From Synechococcales cyanobacterium M55_K2018_004 (GTDB lineage Bacteria; Cyanobacteriota; Cyanobacteriia; Elainellales; Elainellaceae), in the NCBI GenBank assembly GCA_015295905.1, contig DVEB01000303.1, forward strand, positions 2,043 through 66,042: a DNA stretch of 64,000 nt, given 5' to 3'. Shown in pieces: positions 16,534-26,015 of the stretch. The notes under the pieces were generated by a model. The model searched no databases. It was not told the origin of the DNA and worked only from the letters and a program-made list of their open reading frames with translations. Made by a program: the position numbers and the translations under genes. Every line of letters starts with the position of its first letter. Positions within the stretch are counted from its first letter, which is position 1.

Positions 16534-17076
16534 ATGACCATGCTATCGCCAGCAATGATTAATCGATTAAACGAACAGATCAATCTAGAGCTGTTTTCTT
16601 CTCATTTTTATCTTCAGATGAGTTCCTGGTGTGCCTATAAAGCACTAGACGGTTGCGCAACTTTTTTGCATCAACACGCAGCAGAAGAAATGACTCATAT
16701 GCATCGTTTAATTACCTATCTTCAAGAGACGGGAGCACTCGCAATTATTGGCGGCATGGAAGCTCCACCGAATGAATTCACTTCTCTGCAGGATATGTTT
16801 GAAAAGATCTACGCCCATGAACAGTTCATTACTAGGAAAATCAATGAACTTGTTCACCTTGCAACTCATGAGTCTGACTATTCCACTGTGCAATTTCTAC
16901 AGTGGTATGTCGCAGAACAACACCAGGAAGAGTTTCTGTTCAAGAGTATTCTTGATAAGATGAAACTCATCGGCACAGAGGGGCAGGGGCTGTTCTTCAT
17001 CGATCGGGAAGTTGCCGCCCTTGCTGCGAATCAAGGCAAGGAAACAACCTCAATGTCAATCACCCCCTTGGTTTGA
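16534..17076 (+). CDS. ftn: Non-haem bacterial ferritin (Ftn)
   Basis: Ferroxidase-centre pattern NEQINLELFSSHFYLQMSSW, AAEEMTHMHRL, AHEQ and QWYVAEQHQEE. It starts 4 nt after the feoC stop. An alternative start is Met3 at 16540. Confidence 0.85.
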   Translation: MTMLSPAMINRLNEQINLELFSSHFYLQMSSWCAYKALDGCATFLHQHAAEEMTHMHRLITYLQETGALAIIGGMEAPPNEFTSLQDMFEKIYAHEQFITRKINELVHLATHESDYSTVQFLQWYVAEQHQEEFLFKSILDKMKLIGTEGQGLFFIDREVAALAANQGKETTSMSITPLV

Positions 17077-17110
17077 TTGACCAATCAGGAGGATATTAAC
17101 CCCGGAGGTT

Positions 17111-18538
17111 CTATCCGCTTGGTTGAGCGGAGGCGGCCAGCCCTTGGCGTAGCAAAAATTCTGCCACTATGTCTCCTAGCCCTGGTTCTCCCACCTCAGC
17201 AAACTCATAGTGTACTCGTAAGATTGGTTTATTCACTTCAATGAGAGCCGCCAAGTCAATAGGCGTACCAGAAATAACAATATCCACGTCAGCACGGTTA
17301 ATGGTTTGTCGCAGTGCCTCTAACTGAGCAGCCGAGTAGCCCATCGCTGGCAAAACAGTCCCAATATGGGGATACTGAGCATAGACCGCAGCAATTTCGG
17401 GGACTGCCGCCATCCTGGGATCCACGATCGCCCCTGCACAGGCCTGCGTTGCTGCGACCAAACCAGCACCGTAGGACATGCCACCATGGGTTGTTGTTGG
17501 CCCATCCTCAATCACTAGCACTCGCTTACCTCGCACTGTTTCAGCCTGCTCCAGCGTAATGGGGGAGGCTCCCCTCACCACCGTTGCGTGGGGATTGATC
17601 GATCGCACTGTTTCCATCACTCGTTGCACATCAGCCGCTGCTGCAGCATCAACTTTTGCAATCACTACCACATCTGCCATACGAAGCACGGCTTCACCGG
17701 GGTGATGACTGGTTTCATGCCCTGGCCGCAATGGATCAACCAGTACCACGTGCAGGTCAGGACGCAGGAAAGGGAAGTCATTGTTGCCCCCGTCCCAGAG
17801 AATCAGGTCAGATTCAGCCGCTGCTTGGGTGGCGATCGCCCCATAGTCCACCCCTGCATAGACAACATTACCAACAGCCAAGTGGGGTTCGTATTCCTCT
17901 CGCTCCTCTACCGTGCAGTTCGCGGCAGTCAGGTCAGCCCGCTGGGTGAAGCGCTGGACTCGCGCCCGCTCTAGATCGCCATAGGGCATGGGGTGGCGTA
18001 TCACCGCAGTACGAAGGCCCCATTGTCGTAACAATTTCGACAACCAGCGGGTCACCTGTGACTTACCACAGCCCGTCCGGACGGCTGACACCGCAATCAC
18101 TGGAACAGTTGCTTGGATCATGGTGCGTCTAGGCCCAAGCAGGGCAAAATCTGCCCCTGTGGCCAAGGCTTCTGACGCCAAGTGCATCACCTGGGCATGG
18201 GGCACATCACTGTAGGCAAAGATGACCTGGTTGACTTGGTGCCTGCGACAGAGAGCCTCCAGTTCAGATTCACCGATAATCGGAATACCGTCGGGATAAA
18301 GTGGCCCCGCCAAACTGGGAGGATACCGGCGATCGCTAATCCCCGTAATTTGAGCCGCTGTAAAGGCAACCACTTCGACGCTCGGGTCATTGCGGTAGAC
18401 CTGGTTAAAGTTATGAAAGTCACGTCCGGCAGCCCCCATAATCACCACTCGAGAGCGGGATGGGCTGACAGGAGGCAAAGCAGTGTCGGCAAAACTCATG
18501 GCTTCTCCCTGAAGAGCATTGGAGGAAAGCAGTGTCAA
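17111..18538 (-). CDS. COG2403-type P-loop NTPase (cyclic 2,3-diphosphoglycerate synthetase-like / predicted GTPase family)
   Basis: VVIMGAAGRDFHNFN..., P-loop AVRTGCGKSQVT, ...ILWDGGNNDFPF... The family assignment is from memory of COG2403 members. The physiological function in cyanobacteria is unknown to me. Confidence 0.55.
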   Translation of the reverse strand: MTLLSSNALQGEAMSFADTALPPVSPSRSRVVIMGAAGRDFHNFNQVYRNDPSVEVVAFTAAQITGISDRRYPPSLAGPLYPDGIPIIGESELEALCRRHQVNQVIFAYSDVPHAQVMHLASEALATGADFALLGPRRTMIQATVPVIAVSAVRTGCGKSQVTRWLSKLLRQWGLRTAVIRHPMPYGDLERARVQRFTQRADLTAANCTVEEREEYEPHLAVGNVVYAGVDYGAIATQAAAESDLILWDGGNNDFPFLRPDLHVVLVDPLRPGHETSHHPGEAVLRMADVVVIAKVDAAAAADVQRVMETVRSINPHATVVRGASPITLEQAETVRGKRVLVIEDGPTTTHGGMSYGAGLVAATQACAGAIVDPRMAAVPEIAAVYAQYPHIGTVLPAMGYSAAQLEALRQTINRADVDIVISGTPIDLAALIEVNKPILRVHYEFAEVGEPGLGDIVAEFLLRQGLAASAQPSG

Positions 18539-18561
18539 ACAAAATTCATACTCAGACGAAA

Positions 18562-18669
18562 GATTCTGAAAAAATTAGAGCTATTAACTTTTTTATGAGT
18601 GAACCTTTATGAGTGGACTGTTCTGCCGTCCCCTGACAAAAAGTTGATCACGTTATTGTCGTCAGAATC
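18562..18669 (+). repeat. Family-3 MITE-like element with perfect 8-bp terminal inverted repeats GATTCTGA / TCAGAATC
   Basis: The core tttatgagtggactgttctgccgtcccctgacaaaaagttgatcacgttattgtcgtcagaatcc aligns with 4927-4989. An internal partial duplication is present (ttttttatgagtgaac + ctttatgagtggac). Confidence 0.7.
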
Positions 18670-18800
18670 CTCAGCAATGCCCAGCAGGATGTAGAGGCAT
18701 GGCCTGGGGACAATTGATCGGGACATTAAACTCGGGACATTAAACATTGTGCTACAAGTGGAGCCTATGCTAAAGGCACACTTGACAGTAATGCTAAAAA

Positions 18801-18921
18801 GACGTTAATCAGGTTCAGGGAGTTTTGGGGCATCGCACCGGGCGCAGTGCCCCAAAACCCTTGATATTCCCCGCACGACAGCCACGAAACATCAAGGGTT
18901 TCAGCGTATCCCGAATTCACG
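18801..18921 (-). repeat. Family-1 MITE-like element, inverted orientation
   Basis: gggtttcagcgtatcccgaattcacg (18896-18921) is the reverse complement of the L motif. Hairpins are GTTTTGGGGCA...TGCCCCAAAAC (18822-18858) and CCCTTGAT...ATCAAGGG (18858-18898). Confidence 0.75.
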
Positions 18922-19340
18922 TAAAAAAGTAATCCTGAAAAAATTTTGTGCTGATACTGGAGTCAAAACCTGTAGACCTACAATTAGGATAAGCGATCGC
19001 CCCTGCAGCCGCTCATCCTGGTTCACGAAACTCAATTTGCCCAAGACTGCCCACGTCTAACTAGCACGATTTCCTACGGCAATACGAATTTGATTGCATT
19101 GATTGAACTCAATTTGCCTCAGGCCGTCCAAATCTAACTAGCATGGGCTTAACGAGAGAAACGCTTGATAACTACTCAGCCTGCCCACTCTATAGGAAGC
19201 AAGCTATACCCTTGCCTCTGACTCTCCTGTTCCCAAGTTTGGGAGCAAGGGCTGGGGGATGAGAGTGGCTCGGCGCTCAGAGCAAAGCCTGAGTCGTGAC
19301 AATTCTTGTTTTATTTCCAGAAAAAGCGAGGGAACAAGCA

Positions 19341-19823
19341 ATGAGTGAAAGAATTGATAAGTTTTGTGATGACTTGAAGGCTCGTTTAAATGGTATTGAG
19401 AGTCAAGTTGAGCAAGTTAAGCAACAGCTTTTAACGGTATCGAAAGACGCAGAGAGTACCGTGAGAGCAAAGCTCGATGATGCCAAAACTACCCTAGATG
19501 CCAAAAAGCAAGAATTCATCGAGATGAAAGAAAAGCTAGCCAAAGGGCTAGAGAGTAAAAAAGCAGAGATCCAAGCGCAAGTTGCCGAATGGAAAGAAAA
19601 GCGAGACCAGCAGAAACTGCTGAAGCATGCCGATGAGGCAGAAGACTACGCCTTGACCGCGATCGCATTTGCGGCAGCAGCAGCAGAAGAGGCTCGGGTT
19701 GCTGTTTTGGAGGCGATCGCAGCCCGCAAAGCAGCAGATAGTGTCACGATCACGGCCACTGAAGTTACTGTCGAAGATACTTCCAGCACCGCTGAAACCT
19801 CCAATAGTCCTGCCTCTGCCTGA
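19341..19823 (+). CDS. Coiled-coil protein of unknown function
   Basis: Start chosen at MSERIDKF... (ATG 19341, with GAGG about 10 nt upstream) rather than the GTG at 19296. The sequence is Lys/Glu/Ala-rich with heptad character throughout and has no recognisable catalytic motif. Confidence 0.6.
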   Translation: MSERIDKFCDDLKARLNGIESQVEQVKQQLLTVSKDAESTVRAKLDDAKTTLDAKKQEFIEMKEKLAKGLESKKAEIQAQVAEWKEKRDQQKLLKHADEAEDYALTAIAFAAAAAEEARVAVLEAIAARKAADSVTITATEVTVEDTSSTAETSNSPASA

Positions 19824-19898
19824 TATAGCAAACAGAAATATGCTCCTGCCAGCTTTGCGTCATTCACCCGTGGACTCAATCAGTTCGTTAGCGAACAC

Positions 19899-20288
19899 AT
19901 GACCGATCTGCACTTAAAGAACACCATTACTCAATTAGAAGCGCGGACTGAACAATTATTACAGCAGTTCAAACAAGAGATGATGCCGGAACTGACGACT
20001 ATTGCCATGCAAGAAGCAGCCTGGGAGAAAAAACGGCTAACCAGTGGGTTGATGATGCTCTCCATTGGTGGGGGGCTAATGGCTATGGTTGGCCTGCTCT
20101 CCCATGCAATTTTGCTGCCGCACAGGAATTTGAATCATAAATTCTGCTCCTTGGTTCGGAGACGAGACACATATCAGTTTGCCTCGGTGCTTTTCTGTAA
20201 TAATTTGATGGCTGATGGACATGCCAATTCCCGTCCCTTTCCCCATGGGTTTGGTGGTGAAGAAGGGATCAAAAATTCGCGATTGTAA
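19899..20288 (+). CDS. Possible small coiled-coil plus single-TM protein whose 3' third overlaps the convergent kinase gene
   Basis: MTDLHLKNTITQLEARTEQLLQQFKQEMMPELT...LTSGLMMLSIGGGLMAMVGLLSHAILL looks protein-like. The frame has no stop until 20288, which is 213 nt inside the opposite-strand CDS. Confidence 0.3.
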   Translation: MTDLHLKNTITQLEARTEQLLQQFKQEMMPELTTIAMQEAAWEKKRLTSGLMMLSIGGGLMAMVGLLSHAILLPHRNLNHKFCSLVRRRDTYQFASVLFCNNLMADGHANSRPFPHGFGGEEGIKNSRL

Positions 20289-21413
20289 GTCTAGGGGAAT
20301 GCCGGGGCCGTTATCAGCGATCGCAATTTGTATCCACTCATCATCAATCATTGTCGTCCGAATCGTGATCTGACCAAGGTGCTGCTGACGCTCTTGAGCA
20401 CTGCAATGGGTGTGTAGTTCTTCTAGTGCATCGATCGCATTGGCCAGAATATTCATAAAAACCTGGTTCATTGATCCAGCATGGCATTCCACCAAGGGAA
20501 GTTGGCCATAGTCTCGGATGACCTGAATTTCTGGATATTCAGGCTTACCTTTGAGGCGGTGTTGCAGAATCAACAATGTACTATCAAGGCCTTCGTGGAT
20601 ATCGACAATGCTGTAGCCTGCCTCATCTGACCGAGAAAAGTTCCGCAGCGATCGCACAATTTCGTAGATCCGCTGAGTCCCAACTTTCATAGACGCGAGA
20701 GTCTTGGGTAGATCGTCCTGAATGAAGTCAAGATCCAGATCAGCCGCAGCTTGCTGCAACTCTGGTGCAGCATTGGCCCGGTGCCGCTGAAACAACTCGA
20801 CAAACGACAGGAGATCTGTGGCGTATCCCTGCACATGGGTGAGATTACCATGAATAAAATTAACGGGATTGTTAATCTCATGGGCCACCCCCGCTACTAG
20901 CTGACCCAGGGTTGCCAGTTTCTCAGATTGCACGATCTGCATCTGAGATTGCTGTAACTGGAGCAGCGTCTCTTTTAGCTCAGTAGTGCGTTGCTCAACC
21001 TGCTGCTCTAGAGTTTGGCTGAAGTGGCGCAGTTTCAGTTGAGTCGTCACACGGGCTAACAGTTCAGCCGTCTGAAAGGGTTTAGTAATGTAATCGACAG
21101 CGCCTAAGGTAAAGCCTCTCACCTTATCGGTTGTGTCAGACAGAGCAGTCATAAAGATGACAGGAATGTCGTCTGTAGTCGCTGATGCTTTAAGCTGGCG
21201 ACAAGTCTCAAAGCCATCAATCCCTGGCATCATCACATCCAACAAAATCAGGTCAGGCTGGCTGAGGTTGGCCTGTTTGATCGCCCGTTCGCCATCAGTG
21301 GCGATCGCCACTTCATACCCCGCATCACTCAACACCTCTGCAACCACCTCTAAATTCGCAGGCGTGTCATCCACCACCAAAATCAACGGTACATGCTTCA
21401 TCACCAACCTCAC
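20076..21413 (-). CDS. Hybrid response-regulator / histidine kinase (N-terminal REC, then HisKA-like and HATPase_c)
   Basis: REC: [18 protein letters not shown]...[21 protein letters not shown]...IFMTAL. H-box [23 protein letters not shown]. ATPase: DNGPGI and [14 protein letters not shown]. Its ATG abuts the stop of the upstream kinase (21413/21414). Confidence 0.9.
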   Translation of the reverse strand: [445 protein letters not shown]

Positions 21414-23996
21414 TTAGACACACGGCACGACGTTATTCAACCACTGCTGGATCAGTGTTTCTAATTGCTCAACTTGAAATCCCTGACTCAATTCCACAAG
21501 TTCTTGAACAAGGGGCCTGTACTGAGGGTTTTGTTGTTGTAGCGCGATCGCCATCTCCTGTAACTTCTTTAATCTTCCCTGTTGTGCCAACTGCAGGAAC
21601 AGTTGTAGGTCTTCCTTAGGGGGGAGGGTCAGGGCAGTGATTGTTGTCGTGTGATGAGACTGACCCCTAGAAGCGATCTGAGACTGCACCTCCGTCACAC
21701 TTTGAGACTGGTAGATCCAGGTAATTTGCAAGTGATTGCGGATCATCTGGAACAGGTCATCAGCCTGAACTGGTTTTGCCAGAAAATCGTCTCCCCCCGC
21801 TTCCAGACTTTGCTGCTGATCCATCGTAGATACTGATGCAGAAGACACAATCGTAGGAATTGATTGAAGCTGTTCAGACTGACGAATTTTTTGCAGGAAC
21901 TGATATCCATCCATCACAGGCATAAGAACATCGGTGATGATCAGATCAGGCCTGATCTGCATCGCTTTATTCAATCCATCCTGTCCATCCTCTGCTTCAA
22001 TCACTGAAAAGCCTAGCGGTTCTAATAAGTTGACGACCACTGAGCGGTTTTCCCACTTATCATCTACCACTAAAATCGTCTGACGCTTACCTTGATATCC
22101 AATCACTTGCTCTCCGGTCACACGACTACTGTGTATTTGCCATTCTGTAGAAATTGGCAGATCTACATCAAAGAAAAAGGCGCTTCCGACGCCAGGTTGA
22201 CTCTGGACGTGAATCTTGCTACCCATCAGTACTGCTATGCTTTGACTGATTGCCAACCCTAACCCCGTTCCCTCCGAATTCCGCTTTGCGTCGCTGACCT
22301 GCTCAAACGGCTGAAAGATCTTTTCTAATACGTCAGCACTCATGCCGATGCCTGTGTCTTCAATATGAAAACGCAAACGGGTTGTTTGGAATTCAGCCGC
22401 AGTTTCTCGATCACAGGCCACTTCCTGCCTGGGCACCAAAGTGGTGGATGGAGATGGTCTGACCTTGATTACCTTAAAGATTACTGTCCCCTGCTCTGTA
22501 AACTTGACTGCATTGCCCAAAAGATTAATCAAGACTTGTCGCAGTCGTTTCTCATCCACCTCAACCATTTCAGGCAGATCTGCATCTGGGAGATAGACAA
22601 ACTCGATACCCTTCTGACTGGCGCGAATCTCCAAAATTTCAGCAATGCCCTGCAATAGCCCAGGTAGATGGACAGCATGAGGATCTAGCTCCATGCGCTG
22701 GGCTTCAATTTTAGAGATATCCAATACGTCATTAATCAGCGTTAACAGATGGGAGCCACACTGGTAAATGATGTCTACGCCTTTGCGTTCCTTCTCACCC
22801 CAACTCTGGGAGCGACTGAGGATCTGAGCATAACCCAGAATCCCATTGAGGGGAGTCCGCAATTCATGGCTCATATTCGCCAAAAACTCACTCTTGGCAC
22901 GACTGGCAACTTCAGCCATCTCTTTTGATTGCTTCAAAGCAGCGGTCCGTTCTTCAACTTTGAGTTCTAGCTCTTCGTTCACTCGCTCGAGTCGAGCCTT
23001 AACTTGTTCGCGTTCAATAATGACGGCGGAGAGAATCAGTGTCGTCACTGTGACCGTCCCAATAAATGCCTGCAACAGCAGTAAGGTTTCATTTAAGGTG
23101 TTGCGGTTAAAAGAGCTAGTACCACGAATGGCCCCAGCGATCGCCAGTGCGGCTACAAAGAAAAGGGCGATTGCAATATATCGCTGCGGAGCACGAAAGG
23201 CAGCCCAAACCAACAGCGGAATCAGCAGATATTCCACCGGGTAGCCAAAGCCGAAGGCCACCATCCCCACTGCCACTAGCAAGACAGTCCAGATGCCAAT
23301 TTCTACCATTGGTCGCAGCGATTGGGGGGCTGCGGGCCGTTGATCCAGCGGGGGGGGTGGCTGAGTTGCATGGCCTCGGTGAAACCAATCTTCCGCCCAA
23401 ATGATTAGGAGGGGGGCGACCACCAATACGCCAATCGCATCCCCCAACCAGAAGGTTAACCAGCTATTGAGGTAGTCCTCTCTGGGAATGAACCCACACA
23501 AGTACATGGTGGTTGCCCCGAACGTAGGACTCACCATGCAACTCAACAGTTCAATGCCGCTAAATTTCGCCACTTTGGGCGCACTGGTAAAAATTTGCTG
23601 CACACCAATCCAGCGCTGGATTAGAGCAGCCCCAACCACAGCTTGCAGGACGGAACCTGTGGCAATCCCCAACCCCGAGGCGATCGCCATAGACAAAATG
23701 CCTGTGTTTGCCCACAGTGGCCATGCCGCCGCGACAAACGCCCCTAACCAAATGCCCCACCAGACGCGATATCCTGTCAACAAAATTGCCGCCAGCGCAA
23801 TTCCAGACGGAGGATAGACGGGGGTAATAAATCCCGGTGGAATAGCAAGGTATTGCCCTAGTTTGGCCGTCCCATAATAAATCAATGCAAGAGCGAAGAT
23901 GAGTAAAAGTAGATTGGTTTTCCGGGAAGAGGGTTGCGAATCCATACAATGGGATGACTCCAGGAATTGAAGGAACCGATCTTCATAGTTAGTCAT
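21414..23996 (-). CDS. MASE1-domain hybrid sensor histidine kinase with C-terminal REC and a helical tail
   Basis: MASE1-like membrane N-terminus ([21 protein letters not shown]). H-box [18 protein letters not shown]. ATPase: [16 protein letters not shown] and [15 protein letters not shown]: [14 protein letters not shown]...[21 protein letters not shown]. Confidence 0.9.
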   Translation of the reverse strand: MTNYEDRFLQFLESSHCMDSQPSSRKTNLLLLIFALALIYYGTAKLGQYLAIPPGFITPVYPPSGIALAAILLTGYRVWWGIWLGAFVAAAWPLWANTGILSMAIASGLGIATGSVLQAVVGAALIQRWIGVQQIFTSAPKVAKFSGIELLSCMVSPTFGATTMYLCGFIPREDYLNSWLTFWLGDAIGVLVVAPLLIIWAEDWFHRGHATQPPPPLDQRPAAPQSLRPMVEIGIWTVLLVAVGMVAFGFGYPVEYLLIPLLVWAAFRAPQRYIAIALFFVAALAIAGAIRGTSSFNRNTLNETLLLLQAFIGTVTVTTLILSAVIIEREQVKARLERVNEELELKVEERTAALKQSKEMAEVASRAKSEFLANMSHELRTPLNGILGYAQILSRSQSWGEKERKGVDIIYQCGSHLLTLINDVLDISKIEAQRMELDPHAVHLPGLLQGIAEILEIRASQKGIEFVYLPDADLPEMVEVDEKRLRQVLINLLGNAVKFTEQGTVIFKVIKVRPSPSTTLVPRQEVACDRETAAEFQTTRLRFHIEDTGIGMSADVLEKIFQPFEQVSDAKRNSEGTGLGLAISQSIAVLMGSKIHVQSQPGVGSAFFFDVDLPISTEWQIHSSRVTGEQVIGYQGKRQTILVVDDKWENRSVVVNLLEPLGFSVIEAEDGQDGLNKAMQIRPDLIITDVLMPVMDGYQFLQKIRQSEQLQSIPTIVSSASVSTMDQQQSLEAGGDDFLAKPVQADDLFQMIRNHLQITWIYQSQSVTEVQSQIASRGQSHHTTTITALTLPPKEDLQLFLQLAQQGRLKKLQEMAIALQQQNPQYRPLVQELVELSQGFQVEQLETLIQQWLNNVVPCV

Positions 23997-24154
23997 AATT
24001 TGCCCAAACTGAGCGATGATTTCGCTATGTCAATCCCCAGAATTTGCAGCGCGATCGCTCAAGCATTGATCCACAAGCTTGAGGGTAGTGCTAACAGGAG
24101 CACAATCGAGTTCAGTCCCTATTTCCTCAATTGGTGACGTTCTACGCAGGCTGC

Positions 24155-24256
24155 TATAGCGCTACACCCATAGGGTAGAACAAAGCGTTTTGTGGGAATC
24201 CCCACTGTGCGGGAATTCCCACAAAACGCCCTTTACGTCATGAGCGCGTAGTGCCC
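24155..24256 (+). repeat. Family-2 MITE-like element
   Basis: tatagcgctacacccatagggtagaacaaagcGTTTTGTGGGAATcCCCactgtgcGGGAATTCCCACAAAACgccctttacgtcatgagcgcgtagtgcc. A second copy lies at 59925-60025, with similar ends and a central stem of about 15 bp. Confidence 0.8.
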
Positions 24257-24713
24257 TTTTTTGGGGCAACGCACTTGACATTGGCAGCTAGGGAGATGGT
24301 TTATTTTTCTCCGATCTCGCCTATTTTGAGTGGTGGATGGGCGATCGCTTTTTAACTGTCCGAAAGCTCACCACACTGCTGTCGGTAGCGTTCTCAAAGG
24401 ATCTCTGCATCTTCTGCCCTCTGACGCTCAGCCTCTGCTCTCTGACGCCCAGCCTCTGCGCGGTGTTGCTCCATCAGCGGTTTGGCAAGATGGCATTGTG
24501 AACAAACCATTTCTGCTTACACTAGTGTTGCGAACACTCAATTTAGTCATGCAGCATTTAGCAATGCAGGGGAATGGCAGTTGATGTGAAGCATCATTAT
24601 GCAATCGCCTTCAGTCAACAACTCTCCTCCCTTGGCTCCCTACAGTGATTCCTGTTTTAGGGAGATAGCCTTTGCGAGATGTTATAGGGTATTGCGTTCT
24701 CCAGGATGATTCG

Positions 24714-25916
24714 ATGAAGATTCTACATATTTGTGCGCTCGGAATTACTGCCAAAGGGCTGCTTAAGCCCCAAATTGATTATTTTCTGGCGCACCAACAC
24801 GATGTGCACATTGCTTGCTCCCCTGGATCAGAGGTCGAAACACTACGACAGCAAGGATACACTGTCCATGCCATACCAATTGAGCGTCGCATTGTCTCTA
24901 GCACCAATCTAGCCAGCGTCTTTCGCCTAGCAAAGCTGATGCGTGATCAGCAGTATGACATCATTCATGTCCATACGCCCATCGCTTCAGCCCTCGGTCG
25001 CCTTGCCGCCAAGTTAGCACATGCAAATGCCGTAGTCTATACTTCCCATGGGTTGCCCTTTCACGATCGCTCCTCTTTTCTAGAGTTTCGTCTATACGCA
25101 GCCGTAGAGAAGTTTTGCGGACTATTTACTGATTTATTTCTGTCACAAAATCACGAAGACTGCGAGACTGCCAAACGGCTAGGTCTCTGTCCCCCTGAAA
25201 AGATTGCATACTTGGGCAACGGCATTGATGTCGAAAGGTTTCATCGCGATCGCCTCGACCCAGCCCACCAGAACCAGTTGCGTCAGTCCCTTCAGATTCC
25301 ACCAAGCGCCAGTCTTATTATTGGTACGATTGGGCGGCTAACTTACAAGAAAGGGAGTGGATATCTGGTGGAAGCGGCAGCAAAACTACTGCCTGATTTT
25401 CCCCATCTCCATGTTGTGATCATTGGTGGTCAGGTAAGTGGTGACCCAGAACCTTTCCAAGTTCAATTGTTGCAAAGGATTCAAGAACTTGGCTTGGCGA
25501 ACCATGTTACCTTAACAGGCTATCGAGATGACATACCCGAACTCCTAGGACTATTAGACGTCTTCACATTACCTACCTTTACCCACGAAGGCTTGCCTCG
25601 TTCGATTCTGGAAGCCATGGGGATGGAGCTACCTGTTGTTGCGACTGATATTCGCGGGTGCCGAGAGGCAGTAGTTCATGGGCAAACAGGCTTAATTGTG
25701 CCGCCTCAGGATAGCGATCGTCTGGCCGACGCCCTAGGTCAGTTACTTGCGGATAGCAACTTGCGACGCGCCTATGGCAAGGCTGGTCGTCAACGGCTTG
25801 AGGCAGAGTATGATGAACGGTTTGTCTTCCGACGGTTGTCAGATTTCTATCAACAACTTTTGCAACCATCGGAAAGTCATACCCGTGTCGTTGGATCCGC
25901 CCTACAGCGTTCCTAA
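24714..25916 (+). CDS. GT4-family (GT-B) glycosyltransferase
   Basis: Start chosen at MKILHICALG (24714). E-x7-E region EGLPRSILEAMGMELPVVATDIRGCREAV, and GTIGRLTYKKG. Confidence 0.85.
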   Translation: MKILHICALGITAKGLLKPQIDYFLAHQHDVHIACSPGSEVETLRQQGYTVHAIPIERRIVSSTNLASVFRLAKLMRDQQYDIIHVHTPIASALGRLAAKLAHANAVVYTSHGLPFHDRSSFLEFRLYAAVEKFCGLFTDLFLSQNHEDCETAKRLGLCPPEKIAYLGNGIDVERFHRDRLDPAHQNQLRQSLQIPPSASLIIGTIGRLTYKKGSGYLVEAAAKLLPDFPHLHVVIIGGQVSGDPEPFQVQLLQRIQELGLANHVTLTGYRDDIPELLGLLDVFTLPTFTHEGLPRSILEAMGMELPVVATDIRGCREAVVHGQTGLIVPPQDSDRLADALGQLLADSNLRRAYGKAGRQRLEAEYDERFVFRRLSDFYQQLLQPSESHTRVVGSALQRS

Positions 25917-25972
25917 GACAGTTGCATCCCCCCAGGTAAGCTACGTATCCACCCTGCTAATTTGGTTAACAT

Positions 25973-26015
25973 CTTTTGAGTGCGAAACACCCAGAATGAG
26001 CTTCGCACTCAAAAG
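25973..26015 (+). terminator. Perfect 14-bp hairpin 57 nt after the glycosyltransferase stop (possible terminator; resembles the family-3 core stem)
   Basis: CTTTTGAGTGCGAA (25973-25986) / TTCGCACTCAAAAG (26002-26015). There is no 3' U-tract beyond the stem, so the terminator role is uncertain. Confidence 0.35.

Noticed and set aside
17314-18598. Plus-strand ORFs within the COG2403 gene (e.g. 17588-17974, 18182-18598)
   Set aside because: They are shadow ORFs opposite a well-supported CDS.
24330-24584. 84-aa ORF upstream of the first glycosyltransferase
   Set aside because: It starts with GTG, spans a roughly 20-bp tandem duplication, has a low-complexity translation and shows no ribosome-binding site.
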